The notes under the pieces: model-generated | The model's input: only the letters and a program-made list of their open reading frames with translations | Database searches by the model: none | What the model was told of the DNA's origin: nothing | Part shown: piece by piece, positions 22,758 through 32,547 of the stretch | How positions within the stretch are numbered: the stretch's first letter is position 1 | Layout of the letters: every line of letters begins with the position of its first letter | DNA from: a virus | Lineage: Duplodnaviria > Caudoviricetes | IMG/VR virus record: IMGVR_UViG_3300037519_000043 | Coordinates: 1-34,963 of that record | Direction: 5' to 3' (one strand) | Length of the DNA: 34,963 bases | Translations under genes and position numbers: made by a program

Positions 22758-24384
22758 CATTTCTTACTCTATTACGGTCTAAGGCTTGCGCTGTTGATAC
22801 CTCACCACTCACTACATAGGCTTTAACAGGCTGTTGTTGTAACGCTCCTAACTGCATTTGTGGTTGTGCTTGAATAATGTCAAAACTTGGTGTACGTGGC
22901 GCTGTTGGTGTACTTGTTGCTGTATCTCCACCACCGCCACTGCTCTGAAATTGTGTGTTAGCAATTTTTGCGATGTTTAAAGCTCCTAATGTACCCACTA
23001 AACCAGCTTGTATAATTTGCGCACCGGGAAACAAAGGTACTTGCGTTAATGCAGCTGTAACACCTTGAGCAGTGTTAACAATAGCTTGACCTAAACTTGC
23101 CGCTTTGTTTAGTTGAAATGCTTTACGTTGGTCTGCTTCGTTACCTTGAGCGAATAAGTCAGCAACACTCCTAATGACATCAAAAGACATTGCTGTTAAT
23201 TCTTGTTTCTTTCTATTTTTATCCTCTTCTAATCTTAATTCGGCTTCGTTATGAGCTTCAATCTGTTTTACTTTTTCTTCATTAATAACATTTTGCGCTT
23301 CCATCAGTTTTCGAGCGTCTCGAATAGCTTTCTTTGTAGGGTCTTCTAATTCTTTTTTCTTTAACGTATTTTTTTCGGCTTCTTCAAGCATCTTTGCTTG
23401 GTTTTCATAGAAATCCTTTTCAGCTTGTTTTTGTTTTTCGTTTGCGTTTTTTCTTTTTTCTTGTGCGTCTTCTATTCTTTCTTGTTGATTTTCTCTTAAT
23501 TGTCTATTGTAAGACGCATCTAAAGATTTAGACTCAGCATATAAATTTTTTAAATTCTCTTGAGCTTCTTTTCTTTTTTGTTTTTCAGCAGCATTGTTTC
23601 CAATAAAAGTGTTTAACAATACATTTTGGTCAAATATTCGTTTATTAATTATTTCCTTCTCTTTTTTGTAAACATCTTGCTCACTTGCCCCTCTTGCCCT
23701 TAGTAGTTGTAATTCTCTTTCTTTATCATTTAATCCCCCTTTTGAAGCGTTACGGTCTTTTTGCCTTGCATCAGCAACTTTACCTAATTCTTCAGCATAT
23801 TTTTTATTCTCTTCATTTAACCGTTTTTGTTTTTGAATATTATCTTCTATCTCATCGTTGTACTTATCCATTAAATAAATAGCAGTACCAATTGCAGCAA
23901 TTACCAAGCCTATTCCAGTAGCCATTAATGCTCCTTTTAACGTTGCAAAAGCTGTAACAACTTGGTTTTTAACAACTGAAGCTAAAGCTATCATTGAATC
24001 TTTTAAACCTCCTAAAGATTGCAAGCCCTCAGCCAAAGCCATAGCACTCTGAACTTTCAATAATTGAGCTTCAACTTCTTTGCTTTCAACACCAATCAAT
24101 CCTAAAGCTCCCTGATAAGCAGCGAATCCACTCGCAACACCCCCCAACGATGAAGATAAGGCTTTGAATTTTGCATCAGGGTTAAAGGCATCTGTTAAGG
24201 CTTTAGCATCTTCAATTTGATCTTTTAGTTCCGCTGCTCTTTTCGCTGCATTTGCTGCCTCTTTAGATGTCACACCAAACTGCTCCGACAACTTAGCTAC
24301 TTCAGCCTGTGCTTCTCGTAATTGTGATTTAAGCGACCCTAAATTATTCTTTACCTCTAATTCAATTATTTTCTTTTCTGCCAT
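22747..24384 (-). CDS. Tape measure protein
   Basis: Ala-rich helical/coiled-coil with hydrophobic segments; C-terminal KAYVV...V..AQ. Confidence 0.8.
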   Translation of the reverse strand: MAEKKIIELEVKNNLGSLKSQLREAQAEVAKLSEQFGVTSKEAANAAKRAAELKDQIEDAKALTDAFNPDAKFKALSSSLGGVASGFAAYQGALGLIGVESKEVEAQLLKVQSAMALAEGLQSLGGLKDSMIALASVVKNQVVTAFATLKGALMATGIGLVIAAIGTAIYLMDKYNDEIEDNIQKQKRLNEENKKYAEELGKVADARQKDRNASKGGLNDKERELQLLRARGASEQDVYKKEKEIINKRIFDQNVLLNTFIGNNAAEKQKRKEAQENLKNLYAESKSLDASYNRQLRENQQERIEDAQEKRKNANEKQKQAEKDFYENQAKMLEEAEKNTLKKKELEDPTKKAIRDARKLMEAQNVINEEKVKQIEAHNEAELRLEEDKNRKKQELTAMSFDVIRSVADLFAQGNEADQRKAFQLNKAASLGQAIVNTAQGVTAALTQVPLFPGAQIIQAGLVGTLGALNIAKIANTQFQSSGGGGDTATSTPTAPRTPSFDIIQAQPQMQLGALQQQPVKAYVVSGEVSTAQALDRNRVRNATF

Positions 24385-24538
24385 TTGTAGCTTGTTTTAA
24401 GTATAACTCACGTTTAGCTTGTTTGTAGCTTTCACGAATAGAATTAGTAAGTTTATATTTGCCTTTAGCAATGTCGATAATTTCGCTTTGACCGTAGAAG
24501 TCACTTGACTTCAATAGTTGTATAATTGTGTTAAGCAT
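24362..24538 (-). CDS. Small conserved tail-region protein (IDIAKGKY)
   Basis: Likely start MLNTII overlapping the upstream stop. Confidence 0.65.
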   Translation of the reverse strand: MLNTIIQLLKSSDFYGQSEIIDIAKGKYKLTNSIRESYKQAKRELYLKQATNGRKENN

Positions 24539-26756
24539 CTTGGTAAATTGTTGTGTATGGTATGCCGTCACGTGTTAACGATGTTGTAACAGGTACACCA
24601 GACGTGTTAGTTGGTAAAGTAACCGATATTAATTGCTCTGATGTGTAAGTTGTGCAAGTAGCACCCACGCATATCTCTGTTGATGTTTGACCATTTTCAA
24701 TGAATACTGGCACTTCAACTGTCGTTGTTGCGGCTTGTTGAATCGGTAAATTAACGTTAGCAATAGCTCTAAAATCATTGATTAAAGATAAATCAACTTC
24801 ACCGCTTGTTAAGTTTACTTTCATCTCATTAATTATATATCGTTTGTCACGTATAATTAACCTGTCATTTAACTTTAAACTTGTAAGTAATGAAATTGGA
24901 AACAATGCTTTAACGTTGGTTAATCTGTTCTTTTGGTTGTACAGGTTTTTTAAATAGCTATCGTAGTATTGTGAGTACAAAGTATTTGTAATGTAAGTTG
25001 CATCAAATGGACTACCCTCTACTGCAAAATGATTAGAGTACAATACGTTATTATATGTTAATTGATTTGTCAAAGGCATGTACTGAGTAACTTGGCTTAC
25101 CGTACTACCATTATCAAAATAAAACGACACACCTGTTTTTAACGCATCTAAATACAATAATATAGGTTTGTTATCATAAGCTTCATTTGATGTCTTTTCG
25201 TTAAGTATAAAAGCAACAGGTGGCTCTGATGTATTACTTGTTAATTCTTTTGAGAATCGTATGTTTTCAAATGGTAAATTAATTGTATATTCTCCACCAT
25301 CATAATTTGAATTTGTTTCTTTGTAGCTTCCAAACTCTTTAGGTGTGTTTTTTTGAGAATCAAAATATTCTTGATTTAAAAAACTTTCTGACTTCTCATA
25401 ATCAAAAGATATTTCTTTGTAAAGTTTGTGTCGCTCTATTGTTATTTCATCCGTATCAACGTGTTCTGTAATATCTATAACCGCTCCACGTGTATACCAA
25501 TCGTCTAAAGGTTCTACTTGAAAGTTGTCTACTGATGTAGCATAGCAAGTAAGATTGAACATTTTAAATACACCGCTAACAAAGTCACTAATCTTCATAT
25601 TAGGAATGTAAACAGTGGGGTCAACTGTTGCCTCTACAAATGTTTTGTTTAAACATCTAAATTGCAGTGCTTTTAGTGAATTTAAATTGCCAGCCCCTAT
25701 GTTTTTATACTCTATTCTTATACCCACAACTGTTGCAGTACACGGAACCGAAGCTCTAATTTTGAAACTCATTATATTTGTCCCATTATATGTCGTTCGT
25801 GGTATAATTTGGTTGTCTCTGTAAACCCCTGTACTTTTTAGCTCAAATGTATTTATTAAACTATTGTTTACGTAAACGTCTAAATATAATTTTGCTGTCG
25901 GTACATTTGCGCTTCCTTGTGCGTACACAAAAACGCTTTCTGTATTACTTAAATCAACCGTGTCAGTAGTAGTGTTTACTCTGCTACCGTCGTTTACTTG
26001 CAAGTCATCAACCGTTAGTTGCAATGTTTCGGTCAAGGCTTGCATTGTTTTTGCATTCTTTAACCATAAAAATAATTCAGTAAATAGCTTTTGATTAAAG
26101 AAATTAGAGTTAAAAGATACATTATACTTTGTTTCTATAGCTTCAAATATCTTTTTTACACGTAATGCAGGGAATAATTCAGTGTAAACAATAGGGTAAC
26201 TACTATTATTTATATCTGTATTTGCACCAATATTATAACTCCATAGCCTACTTGATGAAATTAAAGGGTAACGAATATCTGAATCACTTGCATTTACTAG
26301 CCTTGTACGTACTGTTGTCCCATTGTATGGCTGGCTATATACACTCAAATCTAAATCCTTTAGAGTATCATCCCCGAACGCATCCTTTAGGCTCGTTAAA
26401 TCACCGTAAAACGTAATAGAATAGCTTTCAACTCTGCCCTTAACAACGTTTGAACTTTCGATTGATATCTTCCCACTCCTAAATGGTATCGTACCTATCT
26501 CTATAAATCCGTTGCGCTTAATGTTAGGGTTGTCATTTGCATTCACATCCGATTGATAAAAATGTTCAAACAGTCTGTTGTTACGTGGTGAAGCAGGAAT
26601 TGTAAACGACTGCGTGAAATCAGTGTAAACTTTTGCTAAGTCTTGAACATTTTGTATCGAACTATTAATCTGAATCTCTTCATCGTTAAATAACTCTAAC
26701 TTTTCATAGTTGCCTGAATTAGCAATAACTTCTATATATACGTCTACCTTTCTCAT
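24531..26756 (-). CDS. Tail tip/hub protein
   Basis: LELF.DE.I; FTQSFTIPAS..NN..F; FKMFNL; L.LND..II....Y.IN. Confidence 0.7.
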   Translation of the reverse strand: MRKVDVYIEVIANSGNYEKLELFNDEEIQINSSIQNVQDLAKVYTDFTQSFTIPASPRNNRLFEHFYQSDVNANDNPNIKRNGFIEIGTIPFRSGKISIESSNVVKGRVESYSITFYGDLTSLKDAFGDDTLKDLDLSVYSQPYNGTTVRTRLVNASDSDIRYPLISSSRLWSYNIGANTDINNSSYPIVYTELFPALRVKKIFEAIETKYNVSFNSNFFNQKLFTELFLWLKNAKTMQALTETLQLTVDDLQVNDGSRVNTTTDTVDLSNTESVFVYAQGSANVPTAKLYLDVYVNNSLINTFELKSTGVYRDNQIIPRTTYNGTNIMSFKIRASVPCTATVVGIRIEYKNIGAGNLNSLKALQFRCLNKTFVEATVDPTVYIPNMKISDFVSGVFKMFNLTCYATSVDNFQVEPLDDWYTRGAVIDITEHVDTDEITIERHKLYKEISFDYEKSESFLNQEYFDSQKNTPKEFGSYKETNSNYDGGEYTINLPFENIRFSKELTSNTSEPPVAFILNEKTSNEAYDNKPILLYLDALKTGVSFYFDNGSTVSQVTQYMPLTNQLTYNNVLYSNHFAVEGSPFDATYITNTLYSQYYDSYLKNLYNQKNRLTNVKALFPISLLTSLKLNDRLIIRDKRYIINEMKVNLTSGEVDLSLINDFRAIANVNLPIQQAATTTVEVPVFIENGQTSTEICVGATCTTYTSEQLISVTLPTNTSGVPVTTSLTRDGIPYTTIYQDA

Positions 26757-27775
26757 TATACAACGCTATTAATTAAGTCATACGCAAATTCAAATTCCAA
26801 ACTATAATTAATCTGTTTTGTATTTATAGACTTGTTTAGTTCAATAGATTTAGTTTTAAGGATCGCAGGCTTTTCATCTACCAACACTTTTTCACTCAAC
26901 ATTAATTGCTTTAAGTTGTCCTTAAAATCTTCTTCAACCCATCCACTATTAACCTTTATACTTTGTTTTCCGTTTTGGTTATACGTTGTTCTTTGCCCCC
27001 CTGTTAAGCTATAATTGTACGGTTGCATTAAGTTGTAATCTTTGTTAGTCACTTCAATATTATCGTTTGAAGCCTTAAAGAAAAACTCACGTTGGAAGGC
27101 TCCATGTTTGTTTATAAAATCAACCTTAACAGGTGTGTACAAACATTCCTCAATAGGTTTAAATGTCCATGTTGCTTGAACTGCACTTCCTGAGTCAATT
27201 ATCTGCGTTATCCATTTTTCAGTAAACCTACTATTATAGCAACGTGGAAAATAATAGAAACCTTGAGTAAGTGATGAACTTAAATATATAACTCCTTCAG
27301 GGTCTGTCCATCTTACTTTATCACCTGTTTGAACGTAAGCCAATATAAAACCAGCATTTGACCCACTATGATAGTAGTAAGTTTTTTCATCTAATAAGTA
27401 ATCAACAGCATTATTATTTATCCCATCCGAAAAATCATTATATCCATCCGTTGCGATTTCGTCTGTTGTATCAATTAAGGTCTCCGTAATTCCTACGGTC
27501 TTATATCTCTTTACCCTAACATTTAGCTTTTGAACACTAAGGTATGTAGATGTTAAGGTTGTGATATTAGTATAAACAGTATGGTCAAAGTATTCACGAA
27601 TGTAAGGCGCAATGTCGTAGTAAGTTGTTGGGGCGTTTGAAGCAGGAATAGCTTTACTAAGTGTATATTGTGGTGTACCGGAGAAAGTTGTTGCACTGAT
27701 AAACAATTCAATCTTTGTACTAACTTGACTTGCTTCATTAATACTAATAATATAAGGTGACCTTGCTCTAATCAT
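26756..27775 (-). CDS. Tail tip (distal-tail-like) protein
   Basis: ARSPY; F.NK.GA.Q; NSGWV.E; L..SE.V. Confidence 0.65.
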   Translation of the reverse strand: MIRARSPYIISINEASQVSTKIELFISATTFSGTPQYTLSKAIPASNAPTTYYDIAPYIREYFDHTVYTNITTLTSTYLSVQKLNVRVKRYKTVGITETLIDTTDEIATDGYNDFSDGINNNAVDYLLDEKTYYYHSGSNAGFILAYVQTGDKVRWTDPEGVIYLSSSLTQGFYYFPRCYNSRFTEKWITQIIDSGSAVQATWTFKPIEECLYTPVKVDFINKHGAFQREFFFKASNDNIEVTNKDYNLMQPYNYSLTGGQRTTYNQNGKQSIKVNSGWVEEDFKDNLKQLMLSEKVLVDEKPAILKTKSIELNKSINTKQINYSLEFEFAYDLINSVV

Positions 27776-28350
27776 TTCGGTTGTTTAATTGAATAGTTAA
27801 ATATCTTTTCTAAATCTATTTTCAAGTCATTTACTAATTCTTGAGGTAAACGCTTGTAAGCTGCTTCAAATGGTTTAGTAAAAAACAAAGTAGGTCTTAA
27901 CCCTTTAGCGTAGATTGAACGTGTTATTATCCATGCTGTAGCATCATACGATAAGAATTTACCCGTTGACTTCTTTGTTTCGGGGTCACGTTGTCTAAAT
28001 TGAAATTTGCGTGCCTTAACCCATCGTTGTATTCCTTCCGTTAATCCTCCTTTTGCTCCCGTTCCGCTACCGAATTTGTATGGTGACTTTGGCGCACGTG
28101 TGTTTGAACGTTTACCCCTTACCCCTTTATCTTGATAGTTACCGTACTCCTCCATTTGGAAGTTCAAGAAGTAACCTTTAGCATAAACTTTTGCTTCACC
28201 TTTTAAAGAGTTGTATAACTTTCGCGTGTTGTTGTGGCTGCCAAAGGGTGCTCTTCCTTTAGTTAAGTTAGTACGCGCTTGTTTAATTACCGAGGCTTTG
28301 AACTTATCCAACGCAGCTTGTAGCCCCGACTCCCTTAAATCTGCTAACAT
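27772..28350 (-). CDS. Tail completion/neck protein
   Basis: L..SL; M..YG...D.GV.G; I.RSI...G..P..FF..PF. Confidence 0.65.
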   Translation of the reverse strand: MLADLRESGLQAALDKFKASVIKQARTNLTKGRAPFGSHNNTRKLYNSLKGEAKVYAKGYFLNFQMEEYGNYQDKGVRGKRSNTRAPKSPYKFGSGTGAKGGLTEGIQRWVKARKFQFRQRDPETKKSTGKFLSYDATAWIITRSIYAKGLRPTLFFTKPFEAAYKRLPQELVNDLKIDLEKIFNYSIKQPK

Positions 28351-28802
28351 ATTGTCATCTCGTTTGGTGCTAATATGTCAAAGGTCATTGTCCAACCTGC
28401 AACAGCATCCGTAAACCTATCAACAAATGGCTCACAACTTGCTGTGTCATCCAATACTTCATAGCCTAAATCGTAAATATCACCACGTCGAACCCTCTCA
28501 AATACCCTATTTAGTATGCTTAACGTAGTATTTAACACGTCGTCCTCATTGTCATTACCCTTAAATATATCCGTTACATCGTCTTTACTAATATCTACTA
28601 TTGACATCATAACCAATGATATGTTATACACCGTTGTATTTCCCCTAAATGCTACATCATTAAATATAATGTGACAAAGTGGGTACATGTCTTGCTTTGC
28701 ATTTGTGATTTTATCAAGGCTGCCTTTCGTTACTCTATTCACTAAAGGGTCTGCAAGTATATAATCATGCAATAATGTAGATAGGTTATAATAATTTTTC
28801 AT
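28344..28802 (-). CDS. Tail terminator-like protein
   Basis: V..VT.G; YPL.H; EPF.DRF...VAGW. Confidence 0.65.
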   Translation of the reverse strand: MKNYYNLSTLLHDYILADPLVNRVTKGSLDKITNAKQDMYPLCHIIFNDVAFRGNTTVYNISLVMMSIVDISKDDVTDIFKGNDNEDDVLNTTLSILNRVFERVRRGDIYDLGYEVLDDTASCEPFVDRFTDAVAGWTMTFDILAPNEMTIC

Positions 28803-29052
28803 GTGATCGCTTTAATTGTTTAACCTCGATTCTGCTTTTTTGTTGTTCAAAGGTTAAAAATGTTAAGCACTGATGAAGCCCCAACGCTGTAACTTCGTCA
28901 AATCTTCTAATGTCTCCTTGAGCGACGTGATAGATTGAGCTATACCATCCCCATTGTTTGCTGAATTGAACATTTTCTGAATATGGGTTTTGTTCTTCAT
29001 TTTCTCCAAAGAGGACAGCGTACTGCTTATTAACCCTATTCCTAAAGTCCAA
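28786..29052 (-). CDS. -1 frameshift extension of the tail assembly chaperone (gpT-like)
   Basis: Begins in the -1 frame at a T9 run, with no ATG; WGWY..IY. Confidence 0.75.
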   Translation of the reverse strand: MDFRNRVNKQYAVLFGENEEQNPYSENVQFSKQWGWYSSIYHVAQGDIRRFDEVTALGLHQCLTFLTFEQQKSRIEVKQLKRSHEKLL

Positions 29053-29540
29053 AAAAAAACAGATGCAGGAAGTACAACGTCTAAGGGTGCGTATTTAAGA
29101 ACCTCTGAGTAACTTAAATCACCTTTGTAAGGTTCTATCTCATATTTGCCTTTAACGTCCTTAACAATTGGTCTGTACATTACAGCTAGTGCTTTGTGTA
29201 TGTTTTGAAAATCTCCAATGTTAGATTCAATGTCGATGTATTCCCCCCAACTTATTTCTTCAAGGTCTGGAATGAATCCAAACTCAACACCATTCATTTT
29301 GAATCTATGTTTGAATGCAGTCTTTTCGTTAAACAATTTATCAAAGTGTTGCACCAATTCGATAACGGTCGATGCTTTCATTTTAACAACTTCCTTTAAT
29401 TCAAGACCGCAAAATATTTCAATCATTTTTTGAAACACAAACTCTTTATCGTCAGAGTTGTTAAGCGTTAGCATATACTTTTGATACCTATCTAAACTAA
29501 TCTCGGATAAGTTGGAAGGAATATCTATTTCTACTCGCAT
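28863..29540 (-). CDS. Tail assembly chaperone (gpG-like)
   Basis: IP..L.EI.L..YQ; FGFIP.L..IS.GEY.D; A..YRPI; VFF slippery site. Confidence 0.75.
   Translation of the reverse strand: MRVEIDIPSNLSEISLDRYQKYMLTLNNSDDKEFVFQKMIEIFCGLELKEVVKMKASTVIELVQHFDKLFNEKTAFKHRFKMNGVEFGFIPDLEEISWGEYIDIESNIGDFQNIHKALAVMYRPIVKDVKGKYEIEPYKGDLSYSEVLKYAPLDVVLPASVFFWTLGIGLISSTLSSLEKMKNKTHIQKMFNSANNGDGIAQSITSLKETLEDLTKLQRWGFISA
29051..29059 (-). promoter_or_regulatory. Programmed -1 ribosomal frameshift site (T TTT TTT)
   Basis: GTT TTT TTT TGG; the -1 frame is open to 28786. Confidence 0.75.
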
Positions 29541-29923
29541 ATTAATTCTTCTTCATTTAAAGCGTAATACAAGTTCTGCAATTGATGAATATATTTAAGT
29601 TCCGTTACAAAATAACACGCAGCATCTGAATAATCATTATTGTAACACCAGTAGCCATCTATTTTTTTAATAGAGTTATTATTTTCTTGTTTAGATTTTA
29701 CAACATAGTTTTTATAAGATGCTTGATAATAAAATCCTAATTTTAACAACCATTCTTCTGTAATTGGAATGGGTTTATAAAAAACATCAACATTACAATC
29801 AAACGTGCTTTTAGTCACTGTTGTGCAAATACCTTTTGAATCTGTTATTTCAACCCAATTCCCTATTCTTAATTCTTCTGCTCTCATCGTTTTGTTAGTG
29901 TTAACAATTTGTTCAATCTTCAT
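29531..29923 (-). CDS. Conserved Bacteroidota-phage protein
   Basis: ELRIGN.V; PIP.TEEWL.K.GF; Y.HQLQNLY.AL. Confidence 0.8.
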   Translation of the reverse strand: MKIEQIVNTNKTMRAEELRIGNWVEITDSKGICTTVTKSTFDCNVDVFYKPIPITEEWLLKLGFYYQASYKNYVVKSKQENNNSIKKIDGYWCYNNDYSDAACYFVTELKYIHQLQNLYYALNEEELICE

Positions 29924-30104
29924 AAATACTTTCTATTTCTACTTCATAACCTAACTTTTCAAGAATGCCCCTAACTATTGTTTCAGCGTCTGTATTTCTG
30001 AACTCAAGTTCTTCACCATTTACCGTTGTAATCATTCCGTAATCATAACAACAACCATCACCACAATTGCTTTCGTATTCTTTAAATGTTATTTTTACTT
30101 TCAT
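29913..30104 (-). CDS. Hypothetical protein (CGDGCC motif)
   Basis: Coupled ORF. Confidence 0.7.
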   Translation of the reverse strand: MKVKITFKEYESNCGDGCCYDYGMITTVNGEELEFRNTDAETIVRGILEKLGYEVEIESIYED

Positions 30105-30412
30105 TCTGCTATGTAAATATAAGTTGGTCTTTCGTAGTGAACTATCCCACTTTCACCTGTTGTATGGTCGTTAACTATTTCTTTAACTGGTTTAATATCT
30201 GATTTTAATGCGTAGTGAATTTGACACCCTGCAATAATAACATGGTTTTCTTCAGTGCCTACTTTAGCGAACCAATTAGATGAATTACGGTTAGTTTTAA
30301 CACCTAAAAAAAAATCCTCTAAAATTTCCACATTTCCCCAAACTGATTTATATTGTCGACCATCAGGTGCAAAAAACCAAGCATCTGTTGTAATTAAATA
30401 TTTGCCTTTCAT
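30101..30412 (-). CDS. Hypothetical protein (WF.APDG..Y..VWG; IAGCQIHY)
   Basis: Coupled ORF. Confidence 0.75.
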   Translation of the reverse strand: MKGKYLITTDAWFFAPDGRQYKSVWGNVEILEDFFLGVKTNRNSSNWFAKVGTEENHVIIAGCQIHYALKSDIKPVKEIVNDHTTGESGIVHYERPTYIYIAE

Positions 30413-30600
30413 TTTGCTATCATTACTTTAGCCCTTACACCCTTCCAATATTTCAATGACGCTTCAGCTTTCGCTACTTCGTTGTCGATTGACTCAACGC
30501 ATTGGAATTTCCAATTGTCTCCGTATTCGTCTTTATAAGCATCTACAACCTTTGCGCTGCTCTCATTAATCATTTGTCTTAGTGATTTACCTGATTCCAT
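30409..30600 (-). CDS. Hypothetical protein
   Basis: Overlaps the terminase end. Confidence 0.6.
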   Translation of the reverse strand: MESGKSLRQMINESSAKVVDAYKDEYGDNWKFQCVESIDNEVAKAEASLKYWKGVRAKVMIAK

Positions 30601-31792
30601 ATTTACCTTTATTTGGGTTACTTAATTGATAACTAACTGCATATCTTAACGCATCTAACGCGTGGTTATATTTGTCTATCGGTGTTTCTGATTTCTTTTC
30701 AAGCCAACAATAGTTATTTAATTCTTTTATCAAATCTACTGAATTTTCGTCAATAATTAAGTCGTAATCTTGTAATAAACTTATCCCATATTTTACTGAG
30801 TCAGCTCCTTTGATTGTAGGTACAATGTTAAGACCTTGAGATTTTAATTCGTTAATCAAACGTGGCTCTGCATTATCCGCAACTATTAAGTCACGTCCTG
30901 CAAATTGTCTATTTAGTTGTGCTAATTGTGATGTAGTCAATCCTGTTTGATAAATATGCAATCTAACATAAATAATCTTGTTAGTCTTATCTATTGAAGT
31001 TTCTACCAATGTGGATGGATCGTTACTAAATCCATAATCCTGCCCGAATACCGAACCATTATCTTTATTATATTCCCCAATCCTCCAATTAGTAAAGATA
31101 ACTCCTTCTGCTTTCTCTAACCATCCCCCGAGTATTGTGTGTTTATACTTATCAGGTCTACGTTCTTTTATCGTTTGTATTTGATTTAAGAAACTTTCTG
31201 ATAGGTTTGATATATTATCCTTATACGTTGTATGAATATACGTTGTATCGCCTTTAATTGTATTTACTCCAGCTTCAACTCCTCTACTCTCGAAAAACTT
31301 TTGATAGATGAAATGTTCTTTAGTAGCAGGGTTAAGAATAAGTATTACCCTGTTTTGTTTTTCTTTATGTCTTATCGAGTAATCTATTTTGTCAAATACA
31401 TCTTCATCTGTTAACTCTTCAGCCTCATCTAACACCCATGTAGTAACTCCAGCCAAAGATTTTAAATTTGCTGTTTGGGTTCCGCTCGATGTCTTAATAC
31501 CTTTGAATAGTATCTTACTTCCTGTCCTTAGATTTATTATTTCATCCTTTGTTATATGGAAGTCTTTATGCTTATCTAATATATCAATCTTATCAATAAA
31601 TTCAGGTATAATAGAGATGTGAGCAGAAGTAAGGGTATAACGTGTAAATAAAATAACATGGTTGCTTTCGTATGTAAGGAGTAGTAATAGTAGATTAATA
31701 GAATATGACTTACCACTACCCCTACCACCTGTGACAATGAAATATCTAGAATCATTTGCAAATGTTTTATATTTCGGGTTCAGTACTACCAA
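30587..31792 (-). CDS. terL: Terminase large subunit (PBSX family)
   Basis: GGRGSGKS; LDEAEE; LNP; G.DYG...DP; DNAEP; NH..DALRY. Confidence 0.95.
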   Translation of the reverse strand: MVVLNPKYKTFANDSRYFIVTGGRGSGKSYSINLLLLLLTYESNHVILFTRYTLTSAHISIIPEFIDKIDILDKHKDFHITKDEIINLRTGSKILFKGIKTSSGTQTANLKSLAGVTTWVLDEAEELTDEDVFDKIDYSIRHKEKQNRVILILNPATKEHFIYQKFFESRGVEAGVNTIKGDTTYIHTTYKDNISNLSESFLNQIQTIKERRPDKYKHTILGGWLEKAEGVIFTNWRIGEYNKDNGSVFGQDYGFSNDPSTLVETSIDKTNKIIYVRLHIYQTGLTTSQLAQLNRQFAGRDLIVADNAEPRLINELKSQGLNIVPTIKGADSVKYGISLLQDYDLIIDENSVDLIKELNNYCWLEKKSETPIDKYNHALDALRYAVSYQLSNPNKGKYGIR

Positions 31793-32066
31793 AACTGATT
31801 AAGTCTTTTAATGTTGTTGTGTTAATGTTAATGTCTTGTTCAACATGTTCTTTTGGTTTACCACAACCATATTCGATTAGAATCTTTGCACTTGCTATCC
31901 TATCTGATGGTCTTTTAGCTTCATCAATCATTATTTCAGCTAATACTCTGAAAGCATCTTCAACATGTGGTTGTGCTAAAGTAAAACCTTTTATCTCGTC
32001 TGATAAAGGCTTTCTTCCTGCTTTGCCTGCTGTTGAATGTCCACCGTTGTTTTTTCTATTATCCAC
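31767..32066 (-). CDS. terS: Terminase small subunit (putative; GTG start)
   Basis: D.R.NNGG....AGRKP; G.PK; directly upstream of terL. Confidence 0.65.
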   Translation of the reverse strand: MDNRKNNGGHSTAGKAGRKPLSDEIKGFTLAQPHVEDAFRVLAEIMIDEAKRPSDRIASAKILIEYGCGKPKEHVEQDININTTTLKDLISFGSTEPEI

Positions 32067-32086
32067 TTTTAATAAAATTTAATTAA

Positions 32087-32155
32087 TTAAATTATAGCGT
32101 CTCTTATTAACCTAAAAATCGCTAAAAGTGAAACAATAATTAATATTATAATCAT
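32087..32155 (-). CDS. Hydrophobic 22-aa peptide MIIILIIVSLLAIFRLIRDAII
   Basis: ATGA-coupled to the upstream gene; fills the gap before terS. Confidence 0.4.
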   Translation of the reverse strand: MIIILIIVSLLAIFRLIRDAII

Positions 32156-32547
32156 CCTAAAAATCCGCCTTGCCCTTCTGGAAAAGACTCTTTGTTATAT
32201 TCATTAAAAACTATTCTAACTTTACGTAACATGTCATTCAAACATGAAGCACATGAAGTTGGTCGTTCGTTTGTTTTAAATACTCTATTGTAAACCTTTA
32301 AAAACTCTATTTGTTGTGATGGTTTAATCTTAACTGAAATTTGAGGTAATAGTTCTTCCAATAGCTTATATTCAGGTTCTGTTAAACATTCAGGTGTTTT
32401 ATAAGGAAATAGTTTATTTAATACTTCTTTACGTTTATCACATCCACAATCTTTACCTGCAATGAATTTAACTGCCTTGTCAATCCCTGTTGCTTCAGTA
32501 AACTTAGCTACTGTATCTCCAAATCCTTTTGATACTCTTTTTGCCAT
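32152..32547 (-). CDS. Conserved Cys-containing phage protein (G.GDT..K.T..TGI; DCGC..R...LN; C.SC)
   Basis: Motifs; located between the sigma gene and terS. Confidence 0.75.
   Translation of the reverse strand: MAKRVSKGFGDTVAKFTEATGIDKAVKFIAGKDCGCDKRKEVLNKLFPYKTPECLTEPEYKLLEELLPQISVKIKPSQQIEFLKVYNRVFKTNERPTSCASCLNDMLRKVRIVFNEYNKESFPEGQGGFLG

Noticed and set aside
30306-30314. Second T9 run as a frameshift site
   Set aside because: The host ORF is intact and coupled at both ends, and no supported alternative-frame product was seen
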